A stretch of 32,089 nt of DNA, from NCBI GenBank assembly GCA_964599015.1, contig CAZREY010000001.1:1-32089 (forward strand), read 5' to 3'. The translations under genes and the position numbers were made by a program. Of the stretch, positions 20,016-27,431 are shown piece by piece. Position 1 is the stretch's first letter. Every line of letters starts with the position of its first letter. The notes below the pieces were generated by a model that saw nothing but the letters and a program-made list of their open reading frames with translations, did no database searches and was not told where the DNA came from. This stretch comes from an uncultured Thiobacillus sp. (GTDB lineage Bacteria > Pseudomonadota > Gammaproteobacteria > Burkholderiales > Thiobacillaceae).

Positions 20016-20792
20016 TCAGTACTGGTCTTTCCATTGCCGCAGGGCTGCGAATGCCGCCAACGGGGTGTTCATGGAGGTGCCGGCGTGTTGCGCGATCGCA
20101 TCCCGTACCCCGGCCACATGGCAGCGCAGGAAGGGGTTGGTGGCCAGTTCCCGGCCAATGCTGGAGGGCAGGGTGGGCAACCCGGCCTTGCGCAATTGCC
20201 TGGCTTGCTGGTGCCACGCCTCCAGGGCCGGGTTGCCGTTCTCCACTTCCCTGGCAAAGCCGATGTTGGGCAGGGTGTATTCATGGGCACAGAAAACCAG
20301 GGTGTCCCCGGGCAAGCCGGCCAGCCGTTGCAGGGAGGCGTGCATGTCCTCCGCGCTGCCTTCAAACAGCCTGCCGCAACCGCAGGAGAACAGGGTATCG
20401 CCGCAGAACAGCCATCCATGGCCGTAATAACAGACATGGCCCCGGGTGTGGCCCGGCGTTTCCAAGACACCGAAGGCCAGGTCCAATTCGGGGATGTTCA
20501 CGGTGTTTCCTTCGGCAACAGGATGGCTGACGCCCGGAATGTTTTCCTTTTTCGGGCCGAAGACGGGCACGGTCCAGCGTTGGGCCAGGGCGGGCAGGGC
20601 ACCGGTGTGGTCCTGGTGGTGGTGGGTGATCAGTACGGCCACGGGGCGCGCGTCCCGGGAATCAAGCCAGGATAGAATCGCGTCTGGCTCGCCCGGGTCC
20701 ACCAGTACCGCCCTGTGCTCTGTTCCATGCCGGGCGTGGATTGCCCAGATGTAGTTGTCGCGGAAGGCTGGGACGGGCGTTATTTGCGGCAT
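20016..20792 (-). CDS. gloB: Hydroxyacylglutathione hydrolase (glyoxalase II)
   Basis: Metallo-beta-lactamase motif ITHHHQDHTG. N-terminus MPQITPVPAFRDNYIW is typical of GloB (alternative GTG at 20816). The mltD-gloB-methyltransferase-rnhA-dnaQ neighbourhood matches E. coli. Confidence 0.9.
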   Translation of the reverse strand: MPQITPVPAFRDNYIWAIHARHGTEHRAVLVDPGEPDAILSWLDSRDARPVAVLITHHHQDHTGALPALAQRWTVPVFGPKKENIPGVSHPVAEGNTVNIPELDLAFGVLETPGHTRGHVCYYGHGWLFCGDTLFSCGCGRLFEGSAEDMHASLQRLAGLPGDTLVFCAHEYTLPNIGFAREVENGNPALEAWHQQARQLRKAGLPTLPSSIGRELATNPFLRCHVAGVRDAIAQHAGTSMNTPLAAFAALRQWKDQY

Positions 20793-20824
20793 ATTTTCAC
20801 TCTGGATCGACGACACTTCATTCT

Positions 20825-21520
20825 ATGCAGGCCTGGTTTGAAAGCGATGTGGGACGTTATGTCCTGGACCGGGAACTGGCGTGGTTCGACAACGTCAGCG
20901 CCGACCTGTTCGGCTTCAATGCCATGCAACTGGGCAATTGCGGCGTGGACTATTTGCGTGCGAACCGCATGCCCTATCGTTTTACTGCCGGGCCCGGGCA
21001 GGGCGTGCTGGTTTGCCGGCCCGAGCGTCTGTCCATCGCCAGCCAAAGCCTGGACCTGGTGGCCCTGCCCCATCAATTGGAGTTTTCTCCCAGCCCCCAT
21101 GAGTTGTTGCGGGAGGTGGAGCGGGTCCTGCGTCCGGAAGGCCGGGTGCTGATTGCCGGCTTCAACCCTTTCAGCATGTGGGGTATCCGGCGCGTTTTCA
21201 GTTCGCGTGACGCGGATTGGCCCTGGCATGGCCGTTTCATCCATCTGGCCCGCCTGAAGGACTGGCTGGCCCTGTTGGGCTTTGATATCGCCGGGGGGCG
21301 CATGGCCTGCTATGCCCCGCCCCTGGACCGGGGCAAGTGGATAGGCCGGTTTTCCTTCCTGGAAGCGGCGGGCGACCGCTGGTGGGCCCTGGGGGGGGGC
21401 GTATATCTGATCCATGCGGTCAAACGGGTGCACGGCATGCGCCTGATCGAACCCAAATGGGACGGCAACTGGCTGGCACGCCCGGCCTGGTCCCCCTCAT
21501 CCCGCAAGACGGTGCAATGA
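20825..21520 (+). CDS. YafS-like SAM-dependent methyltransferase (putative)
   Basis: 231 aa from [12 protein letters not shown], with [14 protein letters not shown]. It occupies the position of yafS between gloB and rnhA. No clear GxGxG motif was seen, so the call rests on synteny and overall resemblance. Confidence 0.6.
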   Translation: MQAWFESDVGRYVLDRELAWFDNVSADLFGFNAMQLGNCGVDYLRANRMPYRFTAGPGQGVLVCRPERLSIASQSLDLVALPHQLEFSPSPHELLREVERVLRPEGRVLIAGFNPFSMWGIRRVFSSRDADWPWHGRFIHLARLKDWLALLGFDIAGGRMACYAPPLDRGKWIGRFSFLEAAGDRWWALGGGVYLIHAVKRVHGMRLIEPKWDGNWLARPAWSPSSRKTVQ

Positions 21521-21993
21521 ACATGCATGGATCACGGACGACCAAGGACAAGGTGGTGGATCTGTTCACCGACGGGGCCTGCAAGGGCAATCCCGGCGTG
21601 GGGGGGTGGGGGGTGCTGCTGCGCTACGAAGGCAATGAAAAGGTCCTGTGCGGCGGCGAGCGGGATACCACCAACAACCGTATGGAGCTGATGGCCGTCA
21701 TCGAGGGTTTGAAGGCCCTCAACCGCGCCTGCAAGGTACGCGTGCACACCGATTCCCAGTATGTGCAGAAGGGCATTTCCGAGTGGATCGCCAATTGGAT
21801 CAGGCGGGGATGGAAGACCGCCGGCGGCGGGGCGGTGAAGAACCAGGACCTCTGGCAGGCCCTGGTCGAGCAGGCCGCCCGCCATGAAGTGGAATGGCAT
21901 TGGGTGAAGGGCCACGCAGGCCATGCGGAAAACGAGCGCGCGGATGCCCTGGCCAATGAGGGCGTCCGACTGGTCATGGAGGGGAAACGCTGA
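21517..21993 (+). CDS. rnhA: Ribonuclease HI
   Basis: [30 protein letters not shown] and [11 protein letters not shown] motifs. The ATG overlaps the upstream stop (ATGA). Confidence 0.9.
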   Translation: MNMHGSRTTKDKVVDLFTDGACKGNPGVGGWGVLLRYEGNEKVLCGGERDTTNNRMELMAVIEGLKALNRACKVRVHTDSQYVQKGISEWIANWIRRGWKTAGGGAVKNQDLWQALVEQAARHEVEWHWVKGHAGHAENERADALANEGVRLVMEGKR

Positions 21994-22691
21994 TGCGGCC
22001 TCTATTGCGGCAGGTCGTGCTGGATACGGAAACCACGGGCCTGGACCCGGCCCTGGGCCATCGGGTCATCGAGATCGGCGCCCTGGAGGTGGTCAACCGC
22101 CGCATGACCGGCGCCACCTATCATGTCTACCTGAACCCGGAACGGGCCATCGACGCCGGCGCGGTGGCGGTGCACGGCATCACCAACGAGTTCCTGGCGG
22201 ACAAGCCCCGCTTCGCCGATGTGGCGGTGGAGTTTCTGGAGTTCGTGCGGGGCGCGGAGCTGGTGATCCACAACGCGCCCTTCGATGTGGGCTTCCTGAA
22301 TGCGGAACTCAAGCGCCTGGATGAAGGGCCGGTAGGCAGGTTCTGCGGCGTGCTGGACACCCTGAAGCTGGCCAAGGAGATGCACCCGGGACAAAAGAAC
22401 AACCTGGATGCCCTGTGCAAGCGCTACCAGGTGGACAACTCGGGGCGGAACTTCCACGGCGCCCTGCTGGATGCGCAGTTGCTGGCCGAGGTCTACCTGG
22501 CCATGACCCGGGGCCAGGAGACCCTGGGCATCGATGTGGCGGAACGGCCGTCCGGCGACATGCCGGTGGATAGATTGCCCATTCGACGCGGAGCGTTGAA
22601 GGTGTTGCGCGCCCCGCCGGAAGATCTTGCTGCCCACGAGGCGTATCTGAAGTCCTTGAGCAAGGAAGCCGGCGGGGATGTGCTGTGGTGA
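21993..22691 (+). CDS. dnaQ: DNA polymerase III epsilon subunit (3'-5' proofreading exonuclease)
   Basis: Exo motifs VVLDTETTGL, HNAPFDVGFL and HGALLDAQLLAEVY. The start overlaps the rnhA stop (TGATG). Confidence 0.9.
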   Translation: MRPLLRQVVLDTETTGLDPALGHRVIEIGALEVVNRRMTGATYHVYLNPERAIDAGAVAVHGITNEFLADKPRFADVAVEFLEFVRGAELVIHNAPFDVGFLNAELKRLDEGPVGRFCGVLDTLKLAKEMHPGQKNNLDALCKRYQVDNSGRNFHGALLDAQLLAEVYLAMTRGQETLGIDVAERPSGDMPVDRLPIRRGALKVLRAPPEDLAAHEAYLKSLSKEAGGDVLW

Positions 22692-24646
22692 CAGGCGCCC
22701 GGTACGCATTCACATTGAGCCTGCTGGTCCTATGCCACGCAGGGCAATCCGCCGCAGCCAGGGAGCTCAGCGAGGTGGATTTCCTGGGTGGGGGGGAAGT
22801 GACGGTGTTGACCGCCAGCCGCCTGGCCCAGCCCATCATGGATGCGCCCAATGCCATCACCGTGCTGGATCGGGCCACCATCGAGGCCAGCGGCTATCAC
22901 AACCTTTCCGATTTGTTCCGCATGGTGCCGGGCATGTATGTGGGGCAGATGAAAGGCTGGTTCCACAACGTCTCCCATACCATGGCCGACGAATTCGCCC
23001 GCCGCATGCAGGTACTTGTGGACGGCCGCTCCGTCTACCTGCCCTATTTCGGCGGTGTGCGCTGGGACAGCCTGCCCCTGGCCATCGACGACATCGAGCG
23101 CATCGAGGTGGTGCGCGGCCCCAACGCCGCGACGTTCGGCGCGAATGCCTATTCCGGGGTCATCAACATCATCACCCGGCATCCCGAAGACGTGGTGGGC
23201 CGGCTGCTGCATATCGTCACCGGGGATCATGATCATCGGGAAGGCTGGTTCCGTTGGGCGGGGTCCAATGACTCCAGCAGCCACCGCATCACCATCGGCC
23301 GCCGGGAGGATGGCGGACTCTCCGGGCAGTACGACGACGAACGCAGCAACGCCATCAACTACCGTGGGGAATTCAACCTGGCTTCCCAGCGCACCCTGGG
23401 GGTCCACTGGGGGGTCCTGGAGGGATCGCGCGGCGAAGGTTCTCTGAGCAGCGCGGAAAACCAACCCCATGAAGAGGCGGTGAAATCGTACTTTGGCCAG
23501 TTGGATTTCAGCCAACCCCTGTCAGGCCGAAGCACGCTCCAGGCCAAGGCCTCCTTCAATCATTTCAGTACGTCCGCGGATGTGCCGACCGGGGCCCCGC
23601 TGCCGGCGGGTTCATATTACGAGGTGGACCTGCAAACCACCCGTTGGCACGGAGAGTTGCAGATCAACACCGAGCATGCCCAAGGATTGAGAAGTTCCTG
23701 GGGCGGCTATCTGCGCCGGGACAGTGTGCGGTCTTTCCATTTCTGGAATACCCATGACACGCTGTACGCGAACTCAAAGGGAGCGTTCGGCCATCTTGAA
23801 TGGCGGGTATCGCCGGAATGGCTGCTGAACGCGGGGGCCTTCTGGGAGGACTACGACACTGTCGGCGGCAAATGGTCGCCCCGCCTTACCCTGAGCTGGC
23901 AGCCCTCGCCGCGACACACCCTGCGCGCGGGCCTGTCCAAGGCCTATCGCAACCCGGTCATGTTCGAAACCCGGGCGGACTGGAATCTGACGCTGCTAGC
24001 CGCGAACGGCTTGCCCTTGGGGACTTTCGGTCCCTATATCCTGTCCAGCAACAACATCAAGCCGGAAGAGATATTCAGCCAGGAAATTTCCTATTTGGGC
24101 ATGTGGCCTGAACAGGGGGTCACGCTGGACGCCAGGCTGTTCAGGGAAAAGATCAGCAATTTCATCAGTGCGGAATGCCCCCTGGGGGGCAACTGCTCTG
24201 GCCTGAATCCACCGGACAGCCGTGATTTCTTCAACATCGGCGGCGCCACCCAGGAAGGCCTGGAAACCCAGGTGAAGTGGCGCCCCTCCGGGCGCACCCA
24301 ATTGTTGGCCAACTATGCCTTTTTGCGTATCGACAGCAACTTTGATGAGAAGCGATATTCGCCCTCTCATCTGGCCGGTCTCCACCTCATGCACCAATTC
24401 CCTGGCGAAATCGATCTGACCCTTTCCCACTACTGGGTCTCGACGTTTGAACCCATCGGCCAGAGCCCCCTGCCCGCCGCGCGGCGGTGGGACATGCATA
24501 TTGCAAAGGGATTCCGTCTTGGCGAAGCCCAGGCCGAGCTTGCCATCGGTGCGCAAAACCTCGGGGATAGCTATTTCGAGTTTTCTCATAGTCTTGAAAA
24601 CCAGTTCGATACGCGGGGATACGTGCACTTCAAAGTGGATTTCTGA
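22685..24646 (+). CDS. TonB-dependent outer-membrane receptor (653 aa)
   Basis: GTG start overlapping the dnaQ stop by 7 nt. Signal peptide ending AGQSAAA. Plug region VTVLTASRLAQPIMDAPNAITVL...IERIEVVRGPNAATFGANAYSGVINIIT. Beta-barrel body ending in the aromatic terminus HFKVDF. Confidence 0.85.
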   Translation: MVTGARYAFTLSLLVLCHAGQSAAARELSEVDFLGGGEVTVLTASRLAQPIMDAPNAITVLDRATIEASGYHNLSDLFRMVPGMYVGQMKGWFHNVSHTMADEFARRMQVLVDGRSVYLPYFGGVRWDSLPLAIDDIERIEVVRGPNAATFGANAYSGVINIITRHPEDVVGRLLHIVTGDHDHREGWFRWAGSNDSSSHRITIGRREDGGLSGQYDDERSNAINYRGEFNLASQRTLGVHWGVLEGSRGEGSLSSAENQPHEEAVKSYFGQLDFSQPLSGRSTLQAKASFNHFSTSADVPTGAPLPAGSYYEVDLQTTRWHGELQINTEHAQGLRSSWGGYLRRDSVRSFHFWNTHDTLYANSKGAFGHLEWRVSPEWLLNAGAFWEDYDTVGGKWSPRLTLSWQPSPRHTLRAGLSKAYRNPVMFETRADWNLTLLAANGLPLGTFGPYILSSNNIKPEEIFSQEISYLGMWPEQGVTLDARLFREKISNFISAECPLGGNCSGLNPPDSRDFFNIGGATQEGLETQVKWRPSGRTQLLANYAFLRIDSNFDEKRYSPSHLAGLHLMHQFPGEIDLTLSHYWVSTFEPIGQSPLPAARRWDMHIAKGFRLGEAQAELAIGAQNLGDSYFEFSHSLENQFDTRGYVHFKVDF

Positions 24647-24680
24647 CCGGTCCGATAGTGGTTGGGGAGGCCCCTGTCTG

Positions 24681-25592
24681 ATGCTGTGGCTGGTGTTGTT
24701 CGCCATCTTCTGGCTGTCTGCCGCATCCGCCTGGGCGGATGGGGCCGTACATGTCGTGCTGAGCGAGTCCGAAGCCGCCTATGAGGAAGCGGCGGCTGCC
24801 TTCCAGGATGCCCTGGGCACCGGCAGGAACGTGCGGGTCTGGCATGTTCGGGACCTGAGCCAGGAGCAGGTCAGGCGCCTTTCCCTTGAAGAAAACCTCA
24901 TCGTCCCCGTCGGCCTGAAGGCCACGCGTTTCGTGGCGTACCATCATGCCGGCCGCGGGAACGTGCTGGGGCTGATGGTGCCCAAGGTTTCGGCGGAGAG
25001 CATCCCCTGGCCGGGGGGGATGGGGCCCGGGAGAGTGGCCTTCGTCTATATCGACCAGCCGGTGGAGCGCAGCCTGGCCTTGCTGGAGACCTTGTTACCG
25101 CAGAAGAACCGCATCGGCGTGATTGTCTCGGCCGATAACAGCGGCATCCTGAAAACGCTGGAAGAGGAGGCGCTGCGCGCGGGCTTGCGGCTGAATGCCA
25201 CGGTCGTGGATGACGCCGGCGCCGTGGGGCCTTCTCTGCGCAAGGTCCTGGCCGGCAGCGAGGTTTTCCTGCTGTTGCCGGATGCGGTGGTGTTGAGCGG
25301 AGCCAACCTGCAAAGCCTGCTCATGGCCAGCTACCGGTTGCGGGTGCCGGTCCTGGGGTTCTCGCCGGGGCTGGTCAAATCGGGGGCCATTGCGGCTGTC
25401 TATTCCTCGCCCCGCCAGATTGGCTCCCATGGGGGCGCCATGGCCCGCCGCTGGATACACGGTGGCGCATTGCCCCCCTCCCAGCATGCGGGCCAGTTTT
25501 CACTGGATATCAACAGCCATGTCGCCAAGTCGCTGGGGTTGGCGCTGCCGCATGAAAGAGAGGCGGCGAAAGTCTTGGGCGCGCAGTACTGA
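24681..25592 (+). CDS. Periplasmic ABC-type substrate-binding-like protein (COG2984/ABC_sub_bind-like), with no cognate transporter genes
   Basis: ATG at 24681 preceded by GGGGAGG. Signal peptide MLWLVLFAIFWLSAASAWA. About 285 aa alpha/beta body ending ...FSLDINSHVAKSLGLALP, which is typical of this family. Family assignment comes from visual resemblance only. Confidence 0.6.
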   Translation: MLWLVLFAIFWLSAASAWADGAVHVVLSESEAAYEEAAAAFQDALGTGRNVRVWHVRDLSQEQVRRLSLEENLIVPVGLKATRFVAYHHAGRGNVLGLMVPKVSAESIPWPGGMGPGRVAFVYIDQPVERSLALLETLLPQKNRIGVIVSADNSGILKTLEEEALRAGLRLNATVVDDAGAVGPSLRKVLAGSEVFLLLPDAVVLSGANLQSLLMASYRLRVPVLGFSPGLVKSGAIAAVYSSPRQIGSHGGAMARRWIHGGALPPSQHAGQFSLDINSHVAKSLGLALPHEREAAKVLGAQY

Positions 25593-25802
25593 TCAGTCCG
25601 CCACCCCGTAGCCACCGTCCTTGATGGCCTGGCAGATGGCTTGGCGGTCGCTTCGCGCCGGGTCGTGGGTGATTTCGACGCGGCCGGAAGCCAGGTCCAC
25701 CTGGATTGCGGCGATGCCCGGAAGGGCGGATACCAGGTTCTTCACGCTGTTCACGCAGCCCATGCAGCTCATGCCGGTGACGGTCAGACTCAGGGTGTTC
25801 AT
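25593..25802 (-). CDS. Heavy-metal-associated (HMA) domain protein, CopZ-like metallochaperone
   Basis: 69 aa, MNTLSLTVTGMSCMGCVNSVKNLV..., with the MxCxxC metal-binding motif and the length of a beta-alpha-beta-beta-alpha-beta fold. The start overlaps the flgN stop (ATGA). Confidence 0.8.
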   Translation of the reverse strand: MNTLSLTVTGMSCMGCVNSVKNLVSALPGIAAIQVDLASGRVEITHDPARSDRQAICQAIKDGGYGVAD

Positions 25803-26254
25803 GCGCTGTCGATCCTTCTGTTCAAATTCATGAAATCCGTCACCTTGCCGTCGGCGCCATACACGCCACGGCTGGCGAGTGAGTTCTGCAATACCTGCAT
25901 GGCCGCCTGGGTGCGTCGCATCTGTTCCTCGATCAAACGTCCGTTGACGTGGTTGAGACGGTCCGAGACGTGGGCGAGTTCTTCAAGCTTGCGCCAGTCG
26001 GGCGAAACGGGTCCAGCGGCGAAGAGGTGCTTTCTCATGTCGGCCAGGCCCTTGGGCTGGTCGATGCCCGCCGAGCGCGCGAGTTCCATCCAGTGGCCGG
26101 CCAGGGCGCGGTGGATTTCATTGCGCCGGGGCAGCAAGGCGCCCAGTTGCTCCGCGTCCCGGGCCGCCAGGGCAACCGCCTCCTCTTCCAGAAACTGAAT
26201 GAAATCGGCCAGGGCCTGGTTCAGTCGGGTCAAGGGGGTGTCAACGGTATTCAT
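25799..26254 (-). CDS. flgN: Flagellar export chaperone FlgN
   Basis: 151 aa helical protein with FlgN-like layout (N-terminal L-x-x-L-x-x-E heptads, NGRLIEEQ..., YGADGK near the C-terminus). It lies directly downstream of and overlapping flgM. Confidence 0.75.
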   Translation of the reverse strand: MNTVDTPLTRLNQALADFIQFLEEEAVALAARDAEQLGALLPRRNEIHRALAGHWMELARSAGIDQPKGLADMRKHLFAAGPVSPDWRKLEELAHVSDRLNHVNGRLIEEQMRRTQAAMQVLQNSLASRGVYGADGKVTDFMNLNRRIDSA

Positions 26255-26562
26255 CGTCTTCCCAGGCTGCTCAGATGGCTGATCGCTTCATTGATGAGGC
26301 CGTCCGCCACTGCTTCCTCGTCTACCTTGAAGGTGCCATCGGCGATGGCCTGGCGTATGGATTCCACCTTCTTGGGGTCGGTGATTTCCAGCTCGGCCAG
26401 GCGTGCCTCCAGTTCCCGCAGCTTGGTGGCGTCGCCCGTCAGGTTCACTTCGTCGTGGATGCCGCTCGGGTGCGCGGAGCTGGAGAGGGTGCGGCCCTTG
26501 CCCCCCCTGGCGTCCTTCACCTTGGCCGGTGCTTCGGTTTTCAGCGTGTTGTCGATTTTCAC
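26251..26562 (-). CDS. flgM: Anti-sigma-28 factor FlgM
   Basis: 103 aa, GTG start after GAGGGAAG. The C-terminal segment KVESIRQAIADGTFKVDEEAVADGLI is the FlgM signature region. Confidence 0.85.
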   Translation of the reverse strand: MKIDNTLKTEAPAKVKDARGGKGRTLSSSAHPSGIHDEVNLTGDATKLRELEARLAELEITDPKKVESIRQAIADGTFKVDEEAVADGLINEAISHLSSLGRR

Positions 26563-26589
26563 AGGCTTCTTCCCTCGTTTTGTAGCCTT

Positions 26590-26616
26590 ATATCGGCAGC
26601 CGGCCTCGATCCTTTA
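26590..26616 (-). promoter_or_regulatory. Sigma-28 (FliA)-type promoter upstream of flgM
   Basis: The minus strand reads TAAA-N15-GCCGATAT (consensus TAAA-N15-GCCGATAA). The -10 element ends 27 nt upstream of the flgM GTG, in the flgA-flgM spacer. Confidence 0.7.
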
Positions 26617-26658
26617 ATGGGAATCTCGCGGCCATTCCGAGGGTGTCCGTCATCCTGC

Positions 26659-27360
26659 TCATGGTCTGATTTCCACTTCACCAGCCTGGTTTGCCATGCC
26701 CCGAACGATGCGCCCGGTGGGCATTTTGACCTGTACGGTCCCTCCCACCTTGGCTCCGTTGAGGGCTTTGCCCTCCTGGGCAACGCTGAATCCCCGTCCC
26801 TGGACCTTGACGCGCACCTTGGAACCGGCCTGGATCACATCCGGCAGGATCAGGTCACGGACGAGGAGGGGCTGGTTGGCATTCAGGGGGCGCTGGGTGA
26901 GGGCCCCGTCGGGAATTTGCCTCAGGTAGCCGCCCGGGTCGTACTCATAGCGCACCTGGGCCGGCGTCACGTCGCCCGGTCCCAGCAGGTGCCGGGCCGG
27001 CACAGGATGGGATGTATTCAGTGCCGGGCCGGCGAGTTGTATCTGATAGGTCAGGTAGAGGGTCCACTGGGAAGGGGCTGTGCACTTTACGCCGAGGGAG
27101 CCGCCTGCCCACAGACGTGCCCCGGGCGCGAGGAGGAAGCGGAAATTTTCGCAGGCGCCCAGGCGCAGTCTGCTGTCCACAGGACCGATCTCCACCCGGG
27201 ACTCGGCCTCCGGATAGGACTGTGCCACTTGCCCCGCCAGCCATGCCCTGGCCTCCTCGCGCATGTCCTGCATGCCTTTGTTCGCGGCATGGGCCATGGA
27301 AGGGACGGCAAGAAACAGCAGAAGGGCGGAGAGGCGCAGTTTCAAATCGGTACCGGGCAT
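26659..27360 (-). CDS. flgA: Flagellar basal-body P-ring formation chaperone FlgA
   Basis: Start at MPGTDLKLRLSALLLFLAVPSMAHA, a signal peptide (the track ORF begins 18 codons earlier). SAF-like region plus the C-terminal FlgA domain ...GSKVRVKVQGRGFSVAQEGKALNGAKVGGTVQVKMPTGRIVRG. Confidence 0.85.
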   Translation of the reverse strand: MPGTDLKLRLSALLLFLAVPSMAHAANKGMQDMREEARAWLAGQVAQSYPEAESRVEIGPVDSRLRLGACENFRFLLAPGARLWAGGSLGVKCTAPSQWTLYLTYQIQLAGPALNTSHPVPARHLLGPGDVTPAQVRYEYDPGGYLRQIPDGALTQRPLNANQPLLVRDLILPDVIQAGSKVRVKVQGRGFSVAQEGKALNGAKVGGTVQVKMPTGRIVRGMANQAGEVEIRP

Positions 27361-27431
27361 CGAGGGCAAGGGGATAATGGCGCTAACTACTACAAGACGC
27401 TTTAATTGCGACAAAGTTTACCGAGACCGTC

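Noticed and set aside
23645-23660. TGGCAC...TTGC inside the TonB-dependent receptor gene
   Set aside because: The spacer is 6 nt instead of 5, so the GG/GC spacing is off by one. The motif lies deep inside a coding region with no downstream gene start.
25131-25138. An exact GCCGATAA (sigma-28 -10 consensus) on the plus strand inside the binding-protein gene
   Set aside because: No TAAA lies 15 nt upstream (the sequence there is CATC). The motif is intragenic with no downstream start codon.
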